NCBI GenBank assembly: GCA_045593905.1
Contig: JAZNXL010000015.1
Coordinates: 4,572-68,571, forward strand
Reading direction: 5' to 3'
Origin: Eubacteriales bacterium
GTDB lineage: Bacteria; Bacillota; Clostridia; Oscillospirales; QAKW01
DNA: 64,000 nucleotides
Shown: positions 58,133 through 64,000 of the stretch, piece by piece
Position numbering within the stretch: position 1 is the first letter of the stretch
Layout of the letters: every line of letters begins with the position of its first letter
Program-made: the position numbers and the translations under genes
Notes under the pieces: generated by a model
Told to the model about the DNA's origin: nothing
Databases searched by the model: none
The model's input: only the letters and a program-made list of their open reading frames with translations

Positions 58133-59284
58133 ATGAATTTTAAAAAGATTTTAACCGACGACATTTTACCTTTTTGGCTTAATAATGCAATTGACCATCA
58201 ACAAGGCGGTATAATGACCTATCTTGATAAAGACGGGCAGGTGTATTCAACCGATAAAAGCGTTTGGTTTCAAGGCCGCGCGCTCTGGACGCTGTCAAAG
58301 GCATATAACTTTGTAGATAAAAACCCCAAGTATCTTGAAGCGGCTAAAAAAATATACGACTTTTTACCGCGTTGTACCGATACTGACGGCAGAATGTTCT
58401 TTATTGTTTCAAAAGACGGCGAACCTATACAAAAACGCCGTTATTATTTTAGTGAAACATTTGCCGCAATCGGATGTGCCGAATACTACAGGGCAACAGG
58501 GGATATTGAGGTTTTTAAAACTGCTGAAAAGTATTTTAATATGGCTAAAATGTGCTATGACCATCCCGAACTAAACCCGCCCAAGCTGACTGTTAAAATG
58601 AAATCGTTATCACCCGTTATGATAATGCTTGCAACAGCAAGGGCAATGGCTGCCTGTGCACCGCAACCCGAAAAATATAATGAACTTGCAAGGCAGTATT
58701 TAGACGCTGTTTTAAATGGCGGGTTTGTTTGCGACAAGGTTGGTGCGGTGCTTGAACACGTATCGCCCGACGGCGAGTTTGTAAACACACCAATGGGTAG
58801 AACTGTAAACCCCGGTCACTCGCTCGAAACTGCCTGGTTTTTAATGGTTGAGGGTATGGTTGACGGTAATGAACAAGCACTCACAGTCGGTAAAAAAATA
58901 ATTGATATTACAATGCCGTTCGGTCTTGATAAAAAGCACGGCGGAATTATTTCGTTTTGCGATTGCCTTGGCAAACCCGCAACGGCGCTCGAGTGGAATA
59001 TGAAGCTGTGGTGGCCGCAAAACGAGGCAATTATTGCTAACAAAATGGCGTACGAAATATTTAAAGAAGAAAAATATAACGAGGCGTACCAAAGCATTTT
59101 AGAGTATGCTCTTGATAAGTTTGCCGATAAAGAGCATGGCGAGTGGTATGGTTATTTAAACTACGACTCAACAGTTTCAAGCTCGCTTAAAGGTAACCTG
59201 TTTAAAGGTCCGTTCCATATTCCAAGAATGTTTATGGTTTTAAACGAGTATCAAAACGGAAACATTTCAAATTTTTTTAAATAA
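58133..59284 (+). CDS. N-acylglucosamine 2-epimerase (AGE/RenBP family)
   Basis: 383 aa alpha/alpha-toroid-type sequence (FWLNNAIDHQQGG, NPGHSLETAWF, WWPQNEA), in a nan-gene context. Confidence 0.82.
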   Translation: MNFKKILTDDILPFWLNNAIDHQQGGIMTYLDKDGQVYSTDKSVWFQGRALWTLSKAYNFVDKNPKYLEAAKKIYDFLPRCTDTDGRMFFIVSKDGEPIQKRRYYFSETFAAIGCAEYYRATGDIEVFKTAEKYFNMAKMCYDHPELNPPKLTVKMKSLSPVMIMLATARAMAACAPQPEKYNELARQYLDAVLNGGFVCDKVGAVLEHVSPDGEFVNTPMGRTVNPGHSLETAWFLMVEGMVDGNEQALTVGKKIIDITMPFGLDKKHGGIISFCDCLGKPATALEWNMKLWWPQNEAIIANKMAYEIFKEEKYNEAYQSILEYALDKFADKEHGEWYGYLNYDSTVSSSLKGNLFKGPFHIPRMFMVLNEYQNGNISNFFK

Positions 59285-59297
59285 TAGGGATTAAAAT

Positions 59298-60278
59298 ATG
59301 TTGCTAACACAAAAACAGATTGAACAAATTACTTTTGGCGCACTTGAAATTTATCGCGACCAAAACGATATATACCGTTTTAAACGGCTTACCGATTATC
59401 AGGCAAAAGAATTTGACAGCGAACACGTTGAGTTTGGTGTTGAGGTGGCTGCAACCGCGGGCGTAAGGTTTGATTTTTATACCGACTCAGAGTTTATAAG
59501 AATAAAGTTTGCAGGCGTAATGCCGGGCTCGGCGACTCGCTTTTGGTACTCGTTTGACTTGTATATAAACGGCAAGCTTTCGCAAACTGTTTTAAAAGAC
59601 GGCTACGATGTGGTAGACGGCGAAATATATGCAAAGCTCTATGGCAAAAACAACCGTATACAGCTATTTTTCCCTTGCCTTGCAAACGGCGGTATACAGT
59701 CGGTTGAGCTAAGCGATGGCGCGGTAGTAACGCCTTTTGCACCAAAATATAAATGGCTTGCTCTTGGCGACAGCATAACACAAGGCTTTGATGCAAAAAT
59801 GTCGTCTTGCACTTATGCAAACATTGTTGCACGCGAGCTTGATGCGGAGATTATTAATCAGGCAATCGGCGGTGCAAAGTTCCAAAAAGAACAGCTTGAA
59901 TATACCGGTGAGTACGATTTTATAACAGTTGCTTACGGCACAAACGATTGGTACAGCCTTAGTAGCTTTGAACAACTTATCGAGCATTGCGACGATTATT
60001 TTAAAAGGCTTTCGCAGATTTATCCCAATACTAAAAAGCTTGCCATACTGCCTATTTGGCGTAAGCATTGGTATAATAAAAAGCCTACAGGCGACTTTTT
60101 TGTTTGCAGAACCGCAATTGCCGATATTGCAAAAAAATACGGTATAATACCGCTTGAGTCTATTGACTATGTTACTCATGACTCGTTGTTTTTTAAAGAT
60201 TTAACACTTCACCCTAACGACCTTGGTTTTGTAGTATACGCGAAAAATCTGCTAAAAGATTTAAAAGAACTAATATAA
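59298..60278 (+). CDS. SGNH/GDSL hydrolase, probable sialate O-acetylesterase
   Basis: N-terminal beta-sandwich-like domain, then LALGDSITQG (block I), AYGTNDW (block III) and HPNDLG (block V). The nan context supports the esterase role. Confidence 0.72.
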   Translation: MLLTQKQIEQITFGALEIYRDQNDIYRFKRLTDYQAKEFDSEHVEFGVEVAATAGVRFDFYTDSEFIRIKFAGVMPGSATRFWYSFDLYINGKLSQTVLKDGYDVVDGEIYAKLYGKNNRIQLFFPCLANGGIQSVELSDGAVVTPFAPKYKWLALGDSITQGFDAKMSSCTYANIVARELDAEIINQAIGGAKFQKEQLEYTGEYDFITVAYGTNDWYSLSSFEQLIEHCDDYFKRLSQIYPNTKKLAILPIWRKHWYNKKPTGDFFVCRTAIADIAKKYGIIPLESIDYVTHDSLFFKDLTLHPNDLGFVVYAKNLLKDLKELI

Positions 60279-60280
60279 TA

Positions 60281-60309
60281 AAAAAACACCTGCAAAGCAG
60301 GTGTTTTTT
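60281..60309. terminator. bidirectional terminator
   Basis: Stem aaacacctgc / gcaggtgttt. Confidence 0.8.
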
Positions 60310-60318
60310 ATTGCTAAA

Positions 60319-62682
60319 TTAGCTGTTGTTATCAGGAGTGTCCGGCGTATTAGGCGCATCGGGGTCCGGCTCATCTGGGTTGTCCGGGTCATCAGGGTTA
60401 TCCGGGTCGTCGGGGTTATCCGGGTCATCGGGGTTATCCGGCTCATCTGGGTTGTCCGGATCATCAGGGTTATCCGGGTCGTCGGGGTTGTCCGGGTCGT
60501 CGGGGTTATCCGGGTCATCGGGGTTATCCGGGTCGTCAGGGTTATCCGGGTCATCAGGGTTATCCGGGTCGTCGGGGTTGTCCGGGTCGTCGGGGTTATC
60601 CGGGTCATCGGGGTTATCCGGGTCGTCAGGGTTATCCGGGTTATCGGGGTTATCCGGCTCTTCGGGATCGGGTGTGCCTATATATTCTTTAAATATGTCT
60701 AAAACGCTGTCGATGGTGAAATCACGGGATATTTCGCCTGTAGTCGAGTCGAAGTCGCTATGGTCAAACCATACTGCAAGTTTTATTCTGCTATAGTTTT
60801 TAAAGCTTTCAAACATATCTGTTGTCCACGCGCGTTTATCACCGCCCATTTCGGCACATCCAAATTCGGGTATCATAAACGGTTGTGAAAACGTTTTGTC
60901 GTAGTAGTCGTAGAGCGTGTCATAAAGTGTTTCAAAGCTTTGCCATCTTTCACCAAGCGAAGCGTAATAAGTACCCATGTTGTATGCGGTAAGACCAATA
61001 ACGTCAACATACTCGTCACCGGGGTAGTACATAAGTATATCATTCCACTTGAAGTTTGGAGAAGAATTATTGTTAGGGTTAAATACCCAAATTGTGTTGT
61101 CGTATGCGCCCGCTTTCATAAACTTATTATAAATATAGCGGTAAACCTGACGGTATATTTCGGTATCTCTTGATGTGTGAACTGCTGAATAAGAACACCA
61201 TTCACCGTTCATTTCGTTAGCAAGGCGTACAATTACGGGGTGCTCAAAGTCGGCAACAGCTTTTGCAAAAGCCTCAATTAAGTTATCCTTTTTACCCTCG
61301 AGTATTTCATACATCATATTACCGCCGCTTTGAGCGGGTGTTTGGAGCGTAAACACCATAACCTTGCCATGCTCCCACGTATCGTTAAGGCGTTGATTTG
61401 CATAAGAAAGCGAAAGCTCGGTCAAGTGGAAATAATGAAGTGCTACAGGAAAATCATAACCGAGATAGTCTTCGTAGCCATCAAGCACGGTGTAGTCGGC
61501 ATACGCTGACTCGGGCTCAAAAATACCCCATTCGAGTGTTGAACCCTCACCAAAGAACTTGTTATAAAATTCCTGAGTTTCGCTGTTCCAGTTCTTTTTA
61601 ACGGTGTTTGTTTTAAACTTAGGTATTTTTGATGTAGGCTCAATAAATGTTATACTGCTTATAATATGCTCGTAGTCTTCGAATTTTCTGTTTTTGTTAC
61701 TTGTTTTAAAAAAGAAAGAATAAATGTGTCCGTTTGCAACAATATCAAAAGCGGTATAGTAGTTTTTATCGTTTTCAATCAACGAAAGCTCGCGCCTGTG
61801 CCATGCGGTAATATACACCTTGTTGTTGCCCAAGTATTTTGTTTGCCTATAATCAAAAGTGTGGTCAACAGAATTATTTAAAAAAGCGTAAGTTTGGCTA
61901 ATATACTTCTCTTCACTAAATTGAGTAAGCGGTTGTTTTGAAATTTCAAGTACCGTATCGGCGTAGGTTAAGGTTGTTATCGCTTCGCCGAGTTTTATGT
62001 CAACAGTATAGTTTGGTTCAACCAAAACACTGTAGCCATCGTAGGTGTTTCTAAATTCAACACACTTTAAAACTCGCAAAAGTTTTTCGCCCCTGTGTAA
62101 AAACGAAACCATTTGAGCTCGTGTGCAATCGTAAAAAGGACTAAAAAGTCCGTCGCCTGTTCCTGCGGTTATGTTGTTTTGAGACGCCCATAATACAGGC
62201 TTATAAAAATAATCGGCTTGCGTTATATCTAAAAAAGATGTTGCTGTGTAATCAGGCTCGGGGTTGTTAAGTGAGCGCCATAAAAAGCTTACTATTTGTG
62301 CGCGTGTACAGTTTTGGTGTGGGCTAAAAATACCAATCTCGGTACCTGCGGTAATAGATTTTTCATAAGCCCACAAAACCGCTTTATAAAAATAGTCGCT
62401 CGGTGCAACATCGGCAAACGGGTTTTGGCTTGTGGTGGGCTCGGGAAAGCCTGCCATACGCCATATAAAGCTTACTGCTTGTGCACGGCTGCAAGTATTG
62501 TCGGGGCCAAACTCTGTGGGAGTAATGCCTGCTGTAATCGAGTTTTTTTGCGCCCATAACACCGATGAGTAGTAATATGCGTTTACATCAATATCGGTAA
62601 AGCTTGCTGCACTTGCGCTTGTATAAATCGGTATGCTAAAAAGCATTATTGCTATAACACACCATGTTAAACATTTTTTCAT
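60319..62682 (-). CDS. secreted SLH-anchored GH26-like glycoside hydrolase with PDNPDD-repeat tail
   Basis: Signal peptide and three N-terminal SLH-like modules (FTDIDVNAYYY..., FADVAPSDYFY..., FLDITQADYFY...). Catalytic segments RLANEMNGEW and MIPEFGC. About 100-aa acidic Pro repeat at the C-terminus. Confidence 0.72.
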   Translation of the reverse strand: MKKCLTWCVIAIMLFSIPIYTSASAASFTDIDVNAYYYSSVLWAQKNSITAGITPTEFGPDNTCSRAQAVSFIWRMAGFPEPTTSQNPFADVAPSDYFYKAVLWAYEKSITAGTEIGIFSPHQNCTRAQIVSFLWRSLNNPEPDYTATSFLDITQADYFYKPVLWASQNNITAGTGDGLFSPFYDCTRAQMVSFLHRGEKLLRVLKCVEFRNTYDGYSVLVEPNYTVDIKLGEAITTLTYADTVLEISKQPLTQFSEEKYISQTYAFLNNSVDHTFDYRQTKYLGNNKVYITAWHRRELSLIENDKNYYTAFDIVANGHIYSFFFKTSNKNRKFEDYEHIISSITFIEPTSKIPKFKTNTVKKNWNSETQEFYNKFFGEGSTLEWGIFEPESAYADYTVLDGYEDYLGYDFPVALHYFHLTELSLSYANQRLNDTWEHGKVMVFTLQTPAQSGGNMMYEILEGKKDNLIEAFAKAVADFEHPVIVRLANEMNGEWCSYSAVHTSRDTEIYRQVYRYIYNKFMKAGAYDNTIWVFNPNNNSSPNFKWNDILMYYPGDEYVDVIGLTAYNMGTYYASLGERWQSFETLYDTLYDYYDKTFSQPFMIPEFGCAEMGGDKRAWTTDMFESFKNYSRIKLAVWFDHSDFDSTTGEISRDFTIDSVLDIFKEYIGTPDPEEPDNPDNPDNPDDPDNPDDPDNPDDPDNPDDPDNPDDPDNPDDPDNPDDPDNPDDPDNPDDPDNPDDPDNPDEPDNPDDPDNPDDPDNPDDPDNPDEPDPDAPNTPDTPDNNS
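60355..60672. repeat. 18-nt coding tandem repeat (PDNPDD)n with an exact 70-nt higher-order duplication
   Basis: About 17 units of ggrtcrtcrgggttrtcc. Segment 60481-60550 is repeated exactly at 60571-60640. Confidence 0.9.
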
Positions 62683-62828
62683 TTATAATCTCCTAAAGCG
62701 TAATGTAAGAATAATATCATATTTTGATATATATTTCAATCAAAAGTTAATACCAATTCTATATATATAACAATTTAACAAGCGGTTTTGTGACAAAATT
62801 TTTAAAAAAACTTTATTTTTTATAAAAT

Positions 62829-62856
62829 AAAAAGAGGCTTTACGCCTCTTTTTTTA
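62829..62856. terminator. stem-loop terminator downstream of the HAD-IIB gene
   Basis: Stem agaggc / gcctct with T-runs on both strands. Confidence 0.6.
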
Positions 62857-63570
62857 CAGTAAATCTTTTACTACTTTGCCAAAATCAAGGTAGTTGTCAA
62901 TTGTTAAAAAGTTAAACTCAGATTTATAAACCGACTCGTCGTTGCCGCCCATACCGTAGTCGTCGCCGATAAAAACAACCTCGTCGTATTTAATGCCACG
63001 CTCGTCACAGTATTTTTTAAGCGCATACGCTTTGTTAAACGGCATCGGTGCCATATCAAATGATGACGAGCCACCTACAAATACGTTGTAATCGCTAAAG
63101 GTGTTTACAACATCGTCGTAAATTGCGCGTCTTTTTGTACGGTCGGGGTCAAATGCTAGCTTATCCTCTTGCTTTGCGGCAGTGCCCAAAATCGCAAAGG
63201 TGATACAGCCTGAGCTGTGGTATTCAACGCTGTTTCCTGCAAACTCGGTAAATCCGTATTTTTCGCGTAGCATTGTAACGCGCTTTTCAACGCTCTCTTT
63301 GTCGCAGGGCAAAACTTCGTCAGAAACTATATCGAGCTCGCCTGTATTTTGGTTATACTCGGCATACTGCATACCGTAGTTACCCAAAACATCAATCGGG
63401 AACTTGTTCATCTGGTTAAAAATTCTATTACACATACCTGCGCCTACCATCAAAAGCTTATATTTTTTTGCAAGCGCTTTAAGAATTTCGGTGTGTTCCT
63501 TTGAGAGCGGTGTTTTGTGTTGTGTTAGTGTGCCGTCAAGGTCCATTGCAATAAGTTTAATGTTTTTCAT
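62854..63570 (-). CDS. HAD-IIB (Cof-type) sugar phosphatase
   Basis: IAMDLDGTL motif I and GDDYGMGGNDES motif IV. ATG 63570 lies 7 nt after GAGGAA. Confidence 0.8.
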   Translation of the reverse strand: MKNIKLIAMDLDGTLTQHKTPLSKEHTEILKALAKKYKLLMVGAGMCNRIFNQMNKFPIDVLGNYGMQYAEYNQNTGELDIVSDEVLPCDKESVEKRVTMLREKYGFTEFAGNSVEYHSSGCITFAILGTAAKQEDKLAFDPDRTKRRAIYDDVVNTFSDYNVFVGGSSSFDMAPMPFNKAYALKKYCDERGIKYDEVVFIGDDYGMGGNDESVYKSEFNFLTIDNYLDFGKVVKDLL

Positions 63571-63571
63571 A

Positions 63572-64000
63572 TTATAATTCCTCAATTCCGCAAATATCGT
63601 AATACATCCAAAGCACAGTGTATCTGTCTTTTAAGTCTTTAGCGTAGCGTACAGCGTCGCGCAGTTTTTGCGGTGAATATACTTTATAAAAATCGTTTAT
63701 GTCAAGCTCAATGTCTTTAAGTATCTTTTCAATCTGCTCGGCGGTTGGCACCTCGCTTAAAATCTTTTTGATTTCAGCTTGATTCTTAGCATATATCGGT
63801 GCGCGGACTGCCTCGTATGTACCAAGCTTTGATTGTAGAGCTATGCACTCGTCAGCAACAGTTTTATAAACCCTGTTAATCTCGCCCTTATACTCATTAT
63901 CGTCCATTTTAAACTGAACACCGCTAAACTCGGTATTTATAAGCTTTTGTCTTATTTTTGATGTTATAACAGTCGAGAACACAACGTCAATGCCGTGCGG
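63572..64000 (-). CDS. C-terminal part of an iron-ADH / glycerol-1-phosphate-dehydrogenase (AraM)-like protein; gene continues beyond the window
   Basis: The reading frame stays open to the window edge. The C-terminal helical domain ends KDLKDRYTVLWMYYD. The call rests on family resemblance only. Confidence 0.35.
   Translation of the reverse strand, partial: PHGIDVVFSTVITSKIRQKLINTEFSGVQFKMDDNEYKGEINRVYKTVADECIALQSKLGTYEAVRAPIYAKNQAEIKKILSEVPTAEQIEKILKDIELDINDFYKVYSPQKLRDAVRYAKDLKDRYTVLWMYYDICGIEEL

Noticed and set aside
60355-60672. Possible CRISPR array, because of the regular short repeats.
   Set aside because: The units are contiguous with no spacers. The period is 18 nt, in frame inside a long ORF. 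No cas genes are nearby.
60270-60796. Three repeat-rich ORFs in the track: 60301-60702 plus (VIRVIG repeats), 60326-60796 plus (GLSGSS repeats) and 60270-60608 minus (TRITP repeats).
   Set aside because: They are alternative-frame or antisense readings of the 18-nt PDNPDD coding repeat. Only the 60319-62682 frame continues into a signal peptide, SLH modules and a GH26 domain.

Overview
This 64 kb window looks like a chromosomal segment of an endospore-forming, Clostridia-type Firmicute. The evidence is sporulation genes (spoIID, an M23/SpoIIQ-like gene, spoIVB, a Dac-type carboxypeptidase), SLH-anchored surface proteins, and Firmicute operon layouts. About 60 genes are densely packed. I saw no rRNA, tRNA, CRISPR array, transposase or integrase.

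Housekeeping blocks:
- pth-mfd
- a DnaD-like gene with dnaI
- ylxM-ffh-rpsP-khpA-rimM-trmD
- prfA followed by a Sua5/TsaC-CoaE fusion
- pgi, galE and rpmE

Carbohydrate and surface loci:
- a sugar ABC importer
- a DUF1015-BNR fusion with an HpcH aldolase and a Gfo/Idh/MocA oxidoreductase
- a 1676-aa SLH beta-helix protein
- an AraC regulator with a GH28-SGNH fusion
- a sialic-acid (nan) cluster: nanA, a cupin(PMI)-ROK fusion, an AGE epimerase and an SGNH esterase
- an SLH-GH26 enzyme with a long PDNPDD repeat tail

Most unusual regions:
1. A terminator-bounded island of about 4.9 kb (48.7-53.6 kb). One arm holds a translationally coupled HTH / zinc-ribbon-TM-LRR / bare kinase-domain module behind twin palindromic operators. 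The divergent arm holds an XRE regulator and a three-gene operon of orphan proteins.
2. Two tandem membrane-anchored RCC1-repeat paralogues, separated by a 281-nt spacer closed by a perfect 20-bp stem.

All functional calls come from motif recognition by eye. No database search was possible.
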